A DNA stretch of 45,567 bases, from IMG/VR virus record IMGVR_UViG_3300032318_001350, positions 1 through 45,567 of that record; one strand, written 5' to 3'. Shown here in pieces: positions 1-8,846 of the stretch; the first letter of the stretch is position 1, and the number at the start of each line of letters is the position of its first letter. This stretch comes from a virus (Duplodnaviria; Caudoviricetes). Under the pieces are notes generated by a model. It was not told the origin of the DNA and searched no databases. It saw nothing but the letters and a program-made list of their open reading frames with translations. Both the position numbers and the translations under genes were made by a program.

Positions 1-336
1 AACGCTAGAATTAAACACAAAGAAGTTTGTGAACTAAAGCGGGAGCGAAACAGGCTTATCGACGAACTCGGCGAACTCCGCACGATGCGAGAGCACGATC
101 TGATTCGCCTCGTAGAGACAGAATCCAAGCTCGACGACCTCCAAGCCTCCACGATCCACAGTTGCGGAGACTCTTGCAGTCGCCCCATGTGCGTGTTGCG
201 GAGGGAAAGGGATGCCTACAAGGAGGCGTTGGAAATGATCGCCTACGATGGGAGTTTTCCAAAATTGGACTGCCAAAAACTGGCTGACGCAACCTTAACT
301 GAAATTGAACTTTCCAAAGAAGGAGAAGCGAAATGA
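1..336 (+). CDS. 3' part of wrap-around hypothetical protein (coiled coil, HSCxxxCxRPxC motif)
   Basis: Frame 1 is open from base 1 (NARIKHKEVCELKRER...) into track ORF 85..336. Joined product is about 217 aa. Confidence 0.8.
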   Translation, partial: NARIKHKEVCELKRERNRLIDELGELRTMREHDLIRLVETESKLDDLQASTIHSCGDSCSRPMCVLRRERDAYKEALEMIAYDGSFPKLDCQKLADATLTEIELSKEGEAK

Positions 337-428
337 GCGCATCCGACTCCGCTTTTGCGATTGCGATGCTCTGCTTTATCGCAGCCTACCTTGTTGGCGA
401 TTCGCACATGAACCGCCGTTTTACATGA
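333..428 (+). CDS. 31-aa hydrophobic peptide (not in ORF track)
   Basis: MSASDSAFAIAMLCFIAAYLVGDSHMNRRFT; ATGA overlaps at both ends; AGGAG upstream. Confidence 0.5.
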   Translation: MSASDSAFAIAMLCFIAAYLVGDSHMNRRFT

Positions 429-505
429 GAGACGAAAACAAAACCCTGTTCCAAAACGCATTAGCCGCAGCCAGAGAGTTGTTGAGCAAATACAAGGTGA
501 AATAA
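425..505 (+). CDS. 26-aa hypothetical peptide
   Basis: MRDENKTLFQNALAAARELLSKYKVK; ATGA-coupled to the previous ORF. Confidence 0.4.
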   Translation: MRDENKTLFQNALAAARELLSKYKVK

Positions 506-509
506 TCTT

Positions 510-1235
510 ATGAAACTAAACACAACAGATAAACCCAAAGCAAGCTTCGGCTTGCTCCTCGTCGGCGCTCCTAAGAGCGGTAAAACCTCATTCGCGTTGC
601 AGTTCCCGAAACCTTACATCGCGGACTGCGACAACAACATCTCTGGCCCGCAAAGGTTTCTTGAGGAAAAGAACCTCAAGCCACAGTTCTTCTATGACGT
701 TATAGATATAGACGAACAGGGCAAGGAAGTCCAGCCTGCTCAGCGTTGGACGAGGCTTACGAATGGCCTCAAAGTAGCCGTGGCTTCCTCCGATGTCGAG
801 ACTATCATTGTCGATTCTTTATCGAAGCTTAGCGACAACCTCGTAGAGCATATTATGGGCTTTGAAAAAATTCAGCAGATGCGTATTCAAGACTGGATGT
901 CGTATCAGAACCTTATGAAAAAGCTCATCACATACCTACGCTCGTCGGGTAAGTATGTAGTTTTCATAGCCCACGAAGGCGTCGAAAAAGACGAACTCGA
1001 TGGGGTATTGAAATACTTCGTATCTTTACCCAGCAAGCTTCGAGACACCATCGGAGGTATGTTTACAGATGTCTGGCGCGCAGAGTATCAACCTGGCGCT
1101 GGTGGTAAGGAAGGTCAATACACAGTTCGTGCATTGTCCAGTGCTCGTATGTCTCTCGGTAACAGCCTCGGGCTTCCGCCCAGCTTCCCGATGGACTACG
1201 AAAAAGAAATCAAACCAAGGTTAGAAAAACTATGA
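510..1235 (+). CDS. AAA_24/Sak4-like P-loop ATPase (phage recombination/annealing)
   Basis: Walker A GAPKSGKT, Walker B IIVDS, FIAHE motif; near SSB and PD-(D/E)XK nuclease genes. Confidence 0.8.
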   Translation: MKLNTTDKPKASFGLLLVGAPKSGKTSFALQFPKPYIADCDNNISGPQRFLEEKNLKPQFFYDVIDIDEQGKEVQPAQRWTRLTNGLKVAVASSDVETIIVDSLSKLSDNLVEHIMGFEKIQQMRIQDWMSYQNLMKKLITYLRSSGKYVVFIAHEGVEKDELDGVLKYFVSLPSKLRDTIGGMFTDVWRAEYQPGAGGKEGQYTVRALSSARMSLGNSLGLPPSFPMDYEKEIKPRLEKL

Positions 1236-1753
1236 AAACAGAACAACAAATGGTCGCCGCCTTTATGCGTAACGCGGGCCAAGCAGTAGGAGAAACACCG
1301 CACCTTCCCAAAGATGTGCAGACCTACCTTGGCATCCAACTTATTGCAGAGGAAGTTGAAGAACTACGCCAAGCTGCTTACGTGCAGAAAGATCTTACTA
1401 AAGTCTATGACGGACTGTGTGATCTTATCTACGTTGCGCTCTGGCTTGCCAACGCCGCAGGACTCGACATTGAGCAGGGCTTTTCTGAAGTGCATCGCTC
1501 CAATATGTCTAAGTTCATCGACGGACATCGTAATGAGGAAACAGGTAAGTGGATGAAAGGCCCGTCCTATACTCCGCCAAATCTTGCGTTCCTCATCGCC
1601 CAGCAAATCGCCAAGAACGCGCAGCAGCCTGACGCACAACAGCTCGAGCTGCCTTTTATGCCAGGTCAGGTTGGATGGCCAGGAGATGGCTCCGGCATGG
1701 ATGACCTTGCTGATCACAACGCAAACGAGGCAGACGACTATCGAAACGAGTAA
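1232..1753 (+). CDS. MazG-like / PRA-PH-family all-alpha NTP pyrophosphohydrolase
   Basis: LIAEEVEEL...DGLCDLIYV...EVHRSNMSK...KGPSY.PP signature. Confidence 0.85.
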   Translation: MKTEQQMVAAFMRNAGQAVGETPHLPKDVQTYLGIQLIAEEVEELRQAAYVQKDLTKVYDGLCDLIYVALWLANAAGLDIEQGFSEVHRSNMSKFIDGHRNEETGKWMKGPSYTPPNLAFLIAQQIAKNAQQPDAQQLELPFMPGQVGWPGDGSGMDDLADHNANEADDYRNE

Positions 1754-1956
1754 TGAAAGCTACGTTTCTCGTAACAGTAGAGCTCGGAGAGGGTGACACA
1801 CTCCTCGACAGCGCTCGTGAGATCTTCGACATCGTGGAGGGCAATTATGTCGTCCACGAAGTCAAGCCGTGGAAACGGAAATCCGTTCCTGCGGAAGCCC
1901 AACAAGGGCCGGCCAGCGGAGTAATGCCGATAAACTTGACTCCTCAACAAACATAA
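1753..1956 (+). CDS. hypothetical protein
   Basis: TAATG-coupled 67-aa ORF in the operon. Confidence 0.65.
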   Translation: MKATFLVTVELGEGDTLLDSAREIFDIVEGNYVVHEVKPWKRKSVPAEAQQGPASGVMPINLTPQQT

Positions 1957-1969
1957 AACACATAACAGT

Positions 1970-2383
1970 ATGGAAATCGAAATCCCAAACATAGACCTGA
2001 CGACAGTTGAAACCGGCATCCCGCTTTTGCAGGATGGCCTCTACGATGTCAGAGTCGAAACAGCCTCCGTGGAACCCTCCAAGGATGGCTCGTCCCAGAT
2101 CCTCAAGCTGAAATACTCGCTTGAGCAAAACGCCACCTCCATCGGTGGAAACGAAGTGAACCCTGGCTTCCCGATCTTTGATCGCGTTAGCCTCAAGGTT
2201 ACCGAGAAGTATAATCCTGCTCGCCGCTTGGCCGGCATCATGGATTGCTTCATCGGACAGCGCACTCCAAAGCTGAATCCCGAAGAGCTGATCGGTAAGA
2301 GCGGAAGCATCCGCCTCCGTGTCCGCCGCGATGAGCAATACGGCGACAGCAACGAAGTGAAGGCTTACGAGCCCAAGAAGTAA
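1970..2383 (+). CDS. DUF669-like single-stranded DNA-binding protein
   Basis: P...DGLYDVRV...ELIGK...YGDSNEVKAY pattern; followed by a terminator; downstream of the Sak4-like ATPase. Confidence 0.7.
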   Translation: MEIEIPNIDLTTVETGIPLLQDGLYDVRVETASVEPSKDGSSQILKLKYSLEQNATSIGGNEVNPGFPIFDRVSLKVTEKYNPARRLAGIMDCFIGQRTPKLNPEELIGKSGSIRLRVRRDEQYGDSNEVKAYEPKK

Positions 2384-2390
2384 CGCAACT

Positions 2391-2425
2391 GGGGTGGGGG
2401 AGTCAAATCCCCCGCCCCTCTTTTT
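2391..2425 (+). terminator. Rho-independent terminator
   Basis: GGGGTGGGGGA-gtcaaa-TCCCCCGCCCC stem followed by TCTTTTT. Confidence 0.85.
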
Positions 2426-2436
2426 GTCTTAAAAAT

Positions 2437-2745
2437 ATGCGAGTCGCAACAGTTCAGCAATTATCCCAAGACTCTGTAATCAGAGCTATCATGGGACTAC
2501 AAGATACAGTCCGTAAGTGGTTGCCAAAGCGCAACGACAAGGCTGTGATCTCTATCGAATACCCTGGAGAAACTTACGGAGACTTCGCCAAGGTTCAAAT
2601 CCGCGCAGCCATTAAGGCCAGGCGGGAACTCATGAAAAACTACATACTTGTTTATGATGAAAAATATACTTACCACGATCTTCCTGATAGCAGGCCTATC
2701 TACGACCTACTCTCAAGCCCCAACAGCACAACAGCTGCGGCTTGA
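2437..2745 (+). CDS. hypothetical protein
   Basis: 102-aa ORF after the terminator. Confidence 0.6.
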   Translation: MRVATVQQLSQDSVIRAIMGLQDTVRKWLPKRNDKAVISIEYPGETYGDFAKVQIRAAIKARRELMKNYILVYDEKYTYHDLPDSRPIYDLLSSPNSTTAAA

Positions 2746-2860
2746 CATCTACACTTGGAACTTGCTCGTAAGACCAGGCATCACCTACGTTCCTCCAACC
2801 AAGTATCCAAGACCGCTTATCGAGTTTTACTACTATAACCAACTAAATCCACAACCATGA
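2654..2860 (+). CDS. small protein with signal-peptide-like N-terminus
   Basis: MMKNILTTIFLIAGLSTTYSQA...; stop is ATGA-coupled to the ParB-like gene; overlaps the previous ORF. Confidence 0.45.
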   Translation: MMKNILTTIFLIAGLSTTYSQAPTAQQLRLDIYTWNLLVRPGITYVPPTKYPRPLIEFYYYNQLNPQP

Positions 2861-4092
2861 CTGAAAAAATACTGATAGCTCAAATCGTGTCCTCTGAGCG
2901 TATGCGTAAAGACCTTGGGGATATTGACTCACTAAAACAAAGCTTGGCCGAGCACGGCTTGCTTCAACCCATCGGCGTCCGTCCTTCGCCTACGACCCAA
3001 GGCTTCTTCCAGGTTATCTGGGGAGGTCGCCGGTTCGAGGCGGCGACACAACTCGGATGGGAGGACATCGAGTGCAAGATTCTGACTTGCGAAGAAGACT
3101 ATGAGCTTCGCGAGAAGGAACTCGAGGAGAACATCCGCCGCAAAGATATGACTTGGCAGGAACAGTCCATGTCTATGTATGAGATTCACGATCTCAAAGT
3201 TCGGCGTAACGCTATCATAGGCGAACGCTGGGGTTATCGCGAGACTGGACAACTCCTTGGCATATCACTTGGTAACGTCAGCTATACGCTCGAAGTAGCC
3301 AAGCGGCTTCGCACTGGCGACGAAGAGATCACGGAGGCTCCTAATCTTACGGAAGCCCTTCGCATCCTCGTTCGGCGCAAGGAAGCTGATCTACAAGAGC
3401 GGCGTATGTCTATAACTCCAGGCGCCAAGGAAGTTTCGACCGAAGACATTGGATTCTCACAAGAGGATCTCGACGTAATGACGACAAGCCAAGCTGTGGA
3501 AAAACAGAAAGAGTCAGCTATTCCTAGGTCGATTACTATCCATGTTGCTTCAGAGCAGCCCAAAGATATGAAGCTGTTGCTATCCGACAGCACAATCTCG
3601 CACACAGACATCATGGTTACAGGATCATGCCATTATCTGCTTCGCGTTGTGCCACGCTCGACCGCACCAGTCTATGTTGGTAACGTGAGTTCCTTCTTTG
3701 TTGTAAAGAGTGAGCAAGCTAAACCAGACCACGGAGCGTTCGTGCCGTCACTCAAAGTGTTTGGCTACAATCCTCCCGATGAGATTAACAAGGGTGTCCA
3801 AGCCGTGAAGGCTGGTATGCAGCCTTTTTACTCTTGCAACTGCGGTATGGAAGAGATGCTGTATGGCAAGCACGCTGTTTCCAACATGGTATGGCGCACT
3901 GTGCTACCTAACATCGTAAAGTCCGGTGACAAAGTTTATATCCATAGCGATCTGTATCAAGACGCCATGTTCGTCTTACTTCTCCTTGGTTGCGAAGTAT
4001 GGGTGGCGGACTTTGTAGATTTAACAGTCGTTTCAACACAGATAAGTCTTTATGGAATCGAGTTACGCAAAGAAGATCATCGTGCAGGGTGA
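2857..4092 (+). CDS. ParB/Srx-family (CTPase-fold) protein with HTH and divergent C-terminal domain
   Basis: GLLQPIGV, IWGGRR (GxRR), ELEENIRRKDM, HTH-like WGYRETGQLLGISLGNVS. Confidence 0.85.
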   Translation: MTEKILIAQIVSSERMRKDLGDIDSLKQSLAEHGLLQPIGVRPSPTTQGFFQVIWGGRRFEAATQLGWEDIECKILTCEEDYELREKELEENIRRKDMTWQEQSMSMYEIHDLKVRRNAIIGERWGYRETGQLLGISLGNVSYTLEVAKRLRTGDEEITEAPNLTEALRILVRRKEADLQERRMSITPGAKEVSTEDIGFSQEDLDVMTTSQAVEKQKESAIPRSITIHVASEQPKDMKLLLSDSTISHTDIMVTGSCHYLLRVVPRSTAPVYVGNVSSFFVVKSEQAKPDHGAFVPSLKVFGYNPPDEINKGVQAVKAGMQPFYSCNCGMEEMLYGKHAVSNMVWRTVLPNIVKSGDKVYIHSDLYQDAMFVLLLLGCEVWVADFVDLTVVSTQISLYGIELRKEDHRAG

Positions 4093-4258
4093 TCTCTTCG
4101 TGATAACGAAGAAAGGGGTGGGGGTGCAGGTGTATCGTTATCCTGCGTCCCCACTCCAATCTCCCTCAATCGTCTCCTTTGGAGAATGTCCAGCAAAAGT
4201 TCAACAAGCCTTAATTGATTATGACCACAGTTCCAAACCTATTCCCGACAACAAATAA
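4052..4258 (+). CDS. hypothetical protein
   Basis: 68-aa ORF filling the gap between the ParB-like gene and the polymerase. Confidence 0.5.
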   Translation: MESSYAKKIIVQGDLFVITKKGVGVQVYRYPASPLQSPSIVSFGECPAKVQQALIDYDHSSKPIPDNK

Positions 4259-6602
4259 TCCAACGAGACTCGCTATCATCGGTGAGGCTCCAGGTGAGCT
4301 TGAAGAAGCCTACGGCAAGCCCTTTGTAGGGCCGAGCGGAAAGCTGATCACCTCGCTGTTAATCCAAGCAGGCCTTCGCCGCGAAGATGTATTCTTCGGC
4401 AATGTCTGCCAAGTGCGCCCCCCAGGTAATGACATATCTAAAGTTGATAGAGATATGTTTGAGATGGGCAAGCAACAACTCGCTGCAGACCTTAATGAGT
4501 TTGCCCCGCGAGTTTGCTTGCTTCTTGGCGGCACGGCGCTGCAATCAGCAGGCGTCACGCATAGCGTGTCTGCTTATCGCGGAACTGTCTTCGTTTGTCA
4601 AGATGTAAACTCACCCTTCTTCCAGCGAAAGTGCATTGCATCCTACCATCCGTCTTACGTCCTTCGTGGCAATAGCCGCGACTCAGTTGTGCTGTTCGCC
4701 GATTTGAAAAAAGCCGTGCAAGAGATGGCGTTCGAGTCTGTGGCTATTCCGCAGCGTAATTACGAATTGAATCTTACCCCTATGCAGATCATCGAGCGGC
4801 TTGAGGATATCGAGCGCAACAAGTTGATGGTCTCATTTGACATTGAAGGTGGTGTTAACGGAGTATCGTGCTGTGGTATTGCTACTGAAGCTCGCGGTGC
4901 TTTCATTGTGCCATTTTTCTATGGACAACAAAACTACTTCACTGAGCGTGAGTCTGCAATGGTAATGCAGGCGCTTTCGCGTATGCTCGAAAATCCAAAC
5001 GTTCCCAAAATCCTCCAAAACAGTCTCTACGATTGCTTTGTTATGGCTTGGGTTCACAAGATAGTTATCCGCAACGTCAAGGAAGACACTATGCTCAAGC
5101 ATTGGGAGCTGTATCCCGAGATGGAAAAAGGCCTTGGATTCCAAACTTCTTATTATACTAATGAACCCTACTACAAAGCAGAACGCGGCTCAATTACCGC
5201 AGATGGATTCTTCACTTACTGCTGCAAAGATGCAGCTATCACATACGAGATCTGTCACAAGCAAGCCGCTTTGCTACAAGCGCGACCTGAAAGTGCAAGT
5301 GACCACTATCGTTTCAACATGGCTATGCTTCGACCGCTGTTATACATGGAGCTTCGCGGTATACGCTACGATAGTAACAAAGCGCGTTCCAAAGTCCAAG
5401 CTCTGGAAGCCGAAATGTCGATACTCCAATCCGAAATAAATACCTTCAACAAAGGCAAGCACCTCAACGTCAAGTCACCAAAGCAGATGGTTGAGTTTTT
5501 GCGGTCTCATAATTTACCTGTTCCGCTGAATCGCAAGACCGGACGGCCCACAGCAAACTATGAGGCGATTCTCAATCTTGCTAAGAAGACCGGTTTGCCT
5601 GTATTGACCAAGCTAATTGGGCTGAAAGAAAAAGGCACCCGTGTTCAGATGTTGAACATTAGATCCGATGACGATGGGCGCATCCGCTGTGGCTATAATG
5701 TAGTCGGGACTGAGACTGGCCGGCTTACCTGTTACACGTCTCCGACTGGTTCTGGTTACAATCTCCAAACCATCACCGAGGCTGACCGCGACAACTTCCT
5801 TGCTGACGAAGGTCACTACTTCTTTCAGTGTGACTTGTCCGGCGCAGACGCATGGACAGTTGCTGCTTGGGCTAAGAACATGGGTGATTCTACTATGCTT
5901 GACGATCTTCTCGGTAACATCAAAGTTGCCAAGGTCATCGCAGCAATGTTTAAGTTTGGCCCCGAGGTTGCCAAGCTTGACCGAGATACTCTGCGCGGCT
6001 ACACAGACCAGATACCCAAGAGCGATCCGATCTACTTCGCTTCTAAGTGTGTGCAGCACGGATCTAACTACGGCATGGGCAAGGTGTTGATGTCAGCGGT
6101 GATCTTTACCCAGTCGTCTGGTGATGTCAATATGAAAGCAGGGGATTGCCAGCGTCTACAAGACCTGTATTTCCAGCGGTATCCAGGCATCAAGCGCTGG
6201 CACGCTTTCGTTCGCGCACGGATCTCGACTAGCGCTAAGTTTATTTCAGCCTCGGGTCACACGAGGCAATTTACAGGTGATCCTAACGATCACAATACAT
6301 TCAAGCAGGGACTTGCTAACGAGCCGCAAGAGAATACAACCTACGCCACAAACAAAGCGGCGTTGCGCTTGTGGCAAGACCCTGAGAACCGGCGTGAAGA
6401 TGGCTCACTTATCATCGAGCCGCTGCACCAGGTTCACGATGCACTTTGCGGACAGTTCCCTCAAGATAAAACCGAGTGGGCTGTTCGTAAGATCCGTGAG
6501 TATTTCTCCAACGAAATTGAAGTCGCTGGGGAGAAAATCACAATTCCCTTTGAGGGCGCCTACGGCCCTTCCTGGGGAGAACTAAACGTAGGGAACATAT
6601 AA
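4215..6602 (+). CDS. polA: Family A DNA polymerase with N-terminal uracil-DNA-glycosylase-like domain and 3'-5' exonuclease (start may be the second Met, 4221)
   Basis: UDG motifs GEAPG, PFVGPSG, YHPSY; exo motifs FDIE, QNSLYD, YCCKD; pol motifs TGRL, NLQ, DLSGAD (A), KCVQHGSNYG (B), QVHD (C). Confidence 0.95.
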   Translation: MIMTTVPNLFPTTNNPTRLAIIGEAPGELEEAYGKPFVGPSGKLITSLLIQAGLRREDVFFGNVCQVRPPGNDISKVDRDMFEMGKQQLAADLNEFAPRVCLLLGGTALQSAGVTHSVSAYRGTVFVCQDVNSPFFQRKCIASYHPSYVLRGNSRDSVVLFADLKKAVQEMAFESVAIPQRNYELNLTPMQIIERLEDIERNKLMVSFDIEGGVNGVSCCGIATEARGAFIVPFFYGQQNYFTERESAMVMQALSRMLENPNVPKILQNSLYDCFVMAWVHKIVIRNVKEDTMLKHWELYPEMEKGLGFQTSYYTNEPYYKAERGSITADGFFTYCCKDAAITYEICHKQAALLQARPESASDHYRFNMAMLRPLLYMELRGIRYDSNKARSKVQALEAEMSILQSEINTFNKGKHLNVKSPKQMVEFLRSHNLPVPLNRKTGRPTANYEAILNLAKKTGLPVLTKLIGLKEKGTRVQMLNIRSDDDGRIRCGYNVVGTETGRLTCYTSPTGSGYNLQTITEADRDNFLADEGHYFFQCDLSGADAWTVAAWAKNMGDSTMLDDLLGNIKVAKVIAAMFKFGPEVAKLDRDTLRGYTDQIPKSDPIYFASKCVQHGSNYGMGKVLMSAVIFTQSSGDVNMKAGDCQRLQDLYFQRYPGIKRWHAFVRARISTSAKFISASGHTRQFTGDPNDHNTFKQGLANEPQENTTYATNKAALRLWQDPENRREDGSLIIEPLHQVHDALCGQFPQDKTEWAVRKIREYFSNEIEVAGEKITIPFEGAYGPSWGELNVGNI

Positions 6603-6607
6603 CAAAA

Positions 6608-6787
6608 ATGACTAGAATCCAAATCGCTACAAGTCTTGCAGGAGGTCTTTTGGCCTCGCAAGATCCAGACAAAGGTTGGAACATCGGACGCGTCTGCGAA
6701 GTCGCGTATCGCACGGCGGACAAACTAATTGAGATGGAAGATCAACCTCTACCGGAGCCCGAAGATGTCACCGGAACAGATCGTTGA
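6608..6787 (+). CDS. 59-aa hypothetical phage protein (not in ORF track)
   Basis: MTRIQIATSLAGGLLASQ...VAYRTADKLIEME...; fills the gap after polA. Confidence 0.65.
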   Translation: MTRIQIATSLAGGLLASQDPDKGWNIGRVCEVAYRTADKLIEMEDQPLPEPEDVTGTDR

Positions 6788-6935
6788 AGCTACCCTCTAC
6801 ACCATTAAGCACGCTATCAACAGCCCCGAGGTGTCTACAGCCGATTGGAAAAATCGGTTTATGGCAGAACTCGTGGAAGAGATGCGAGCACTAAAAGCAA
6901 ATGGTCTACCAAGGATCGAAAGAGAAGATAGCTGA
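6765..6935 (+). CDS. hypothetical protein
   Basis: MSPEQIVEATLYTIKH...; fits operon packing. Confidence 0.5.
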   Translation: MSPEQIVEATLYTIKHAINSPEVSTADWKNRFMAELVEEMRALKANGLPRIEREDS

Positions 6936-7587
6936 CAAGATCGTTTCGATTCTGAATACGATGCGGAGTCCAGGACAGCTCTATTGGGAGCCGTTCCTAG
7001 GCTCCGCATCTACTTTCAGTCGCATGGCTACACCGCGCTTAGGCACGGACGCCATGACCGATCTTATCATGCTGTGGAATGAAGTAATCGTAGATCGCTT
7101 TATCGAACCTTCTTACATTGTGAAGTCTCAATATGACGACTACATGAAGTCAGATGTTCCGTCAGCAATTCGCGCTTACATTGGTTTCTTCTGGTCGTTT
7201 TCAGGGATGTTCAACAAAGGATATTCCCCAGACTTCTTCCAGGGCAGCCGGTCATTTCACTCAATGCAAGAGCGAGCTAAATCTTTGCGGGCTCAGCCTA
7301 CCAAAATTGCGGCTTGTGACTACACTGTGCCAAAGGTAAAAGGCGCTTTGATCTACGCTGATCCTCCATACCGAGGAACAACTGGATACAAAGGTGCTAA
7401 GCCCTTTGACCACGATAAGTTCTATATATGGTGCCTCGAGCAAAAAGAAGCAGGTAATACTGTGGTAGTATCTGAATACTTTATGCCAGAGCCCTTCCAA
7501 CAAATCCACGAGTTTCCTTTCCGCACTAGCCTAGCAACTGTGCATAGGGACTCCGACAAACCCGAACGTCTTTACACGCTGTTATGA
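6901..7587 (+). CDS. DNA adenine methyltransferase (D12/Dam-like)
   Basis: YQGSK, EPFLGS (motif I), YADPPY (motif IV), VVVSEY. Confidence 0.88.
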   Translation: MVYQGSKEKIADKIVSILNTMRSPGQLYWEPFLGSASTFSRMATPRLGTDAMTDLIMLWNEVIVDRFIEPSYIVKSQYDDYMKSDVPSAIRAYIGFFWSFSGMFNKGYSPDFFQGSRSFHSMQERAKSLRAQPTKIAACDYTVPKVKGALIYADPPYRGTTGYKGAKPFDHDKFYIWCLEQKEAGNTVVVSEYFMPEPFQQIHEFPFRTSLATVHRDSDKPERLYTLL

Positions 7588-8846
7588 GTTTCTTAAAAGA
7601 CTACGCAATATATACCTCCGGCAACGAGGCACCAAAGGTGTTTCACTTTTGGGCGGGGATGATGGCACTTAGTTCTATCATATCCCGCCGAGTCTGTTTC
7701 CGGCTTGGTTACTTCGACATACATCCAAATCTCTACATAGTGCTTGTCGGCACTCCAGGGACTAAGAAAACTACCGCCATGTCAATCTCGAAAGAGATCA
7801 TCCGAGACATTGGCGATATTCCTTATTCCGCGGAGTGCATTACAAAGCAAGCGCTGTGTAAAGAAATGGCTGAGCAATGTGTAAAAACATTCTCTGACAA
7901 GACTGGGGAAATCGTGACATACACTCCTTATTCAATCTTCGCTACTGAGTTATCACACTTTCTCGGTATGGGAACGGCAAAGGAAATGATCGACTTTCTG
8001 ACCACGATCTACGACGAGCGGTTCTACACTACGAAGACTAAAAACAAGGGCAACGATATTATCGTAGGCCCATACATCACCATGCTGGCTTGCACTACGC
8101 CAGACTGGATTCGGGGCTGGATGCGGGAAGACGTCATCACTGGCGGCTTCTCTCGTCGAGCTCTATTCGTCTATTACAACGGATCTCGGGAGCGTATCCC
8201 GATCCCAGAAGTTACCCAGGAAATGCTAGATGCCAGAACCCGCTGTATTAAGTGGGGTAAGTCGTTAGTTAATCTACAGGGTTACTTCGACATCACACCA
8301 GATGCCCTAGAGTTCTACAAAGATTGGTATAAAAAACTAGAAATCCCACAAGATTTTACAGGAGGATATTATGAAAGCAAACACGTTCAAATGCTCAAGT
8401 CAGCAATGCTCATTGCGTTGTCAGAGTCTCACGACCTTGTATTACGAATTGAGCACATCCAACTTGCCTTGGCCCAACTGGAAGTCGTCGAAGCTAATAT
8501 GCGAAAGGTGTTTGAAGGCGTGGGTAGAAATGAGCTCAACGCTATCGCGTCCAAAATTCTTGAAATTGTTGAGGCTTCAGGTGGACATTTGCCAGAGAAG
8601 CAACTCAATCTCATGATGTATCGAGAAGCCAATGCAGAAGAACTATCCAAGGTGATGATACACTTACGCACCACCGAAAGAATAGTCCTTCTGCAGGAGA
8701 CTGTTAAAACAACAGGGAAGATCCGTCAAATTGTTGCGCTGCCTCACGTTGCCTCAAAACTAGCTTCGCCTGGTCAACAGTCAGCGTCGGGTTCTGCTCC
8801 AACAGGAAGTCAAGTTCCATCGCCTTCTGAATCCGGTTCGAAGTAG
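7584..8846 (+). CDS. DUF3987/YfjI-like P-loop NTPase, probable replicative helicase
   Basis: EAP..FH.W, NLYIVLVGTPGTKKT Walker A, TMLACTTP, GGFSRR; position after polA. Confidence 0.75.
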   Translation: MSFLKDYAIYTSGNEAPKVFHFWAGMMALSSIISRRVCFRLGYFDIHPNLYIVLVGTPGTKKTTAMSISKEIIRDIGDIPYSAECITKQALCKEMAEQCVKTFSDKTGEIVTYTPYSIFATELSHFLGMGTAKEMIDFLTTIYDERFYTTKTKNKGNDIIVGPYITMLACTTPDWIRGWMREDVITGGFSRRALFVYYNGSRERIPIPEVTQEMLDARTRCIKWGKSLVNLQGYFDITPDALEFYKDWYKKLEIPQDFTGGYYESKHVQMLKSAMLIALSESHDLVLRIEHIQLALAQLEVVEANMRKVFEGVGRNELNAIASKILEIVEASGGHLPEKQLNLMMYREANAEELSKVMIHLRTTERIVLLQETVKTTGKIRQIVALPHVASKLASPGQQSASGSAPTGSQVPSPSESGSK

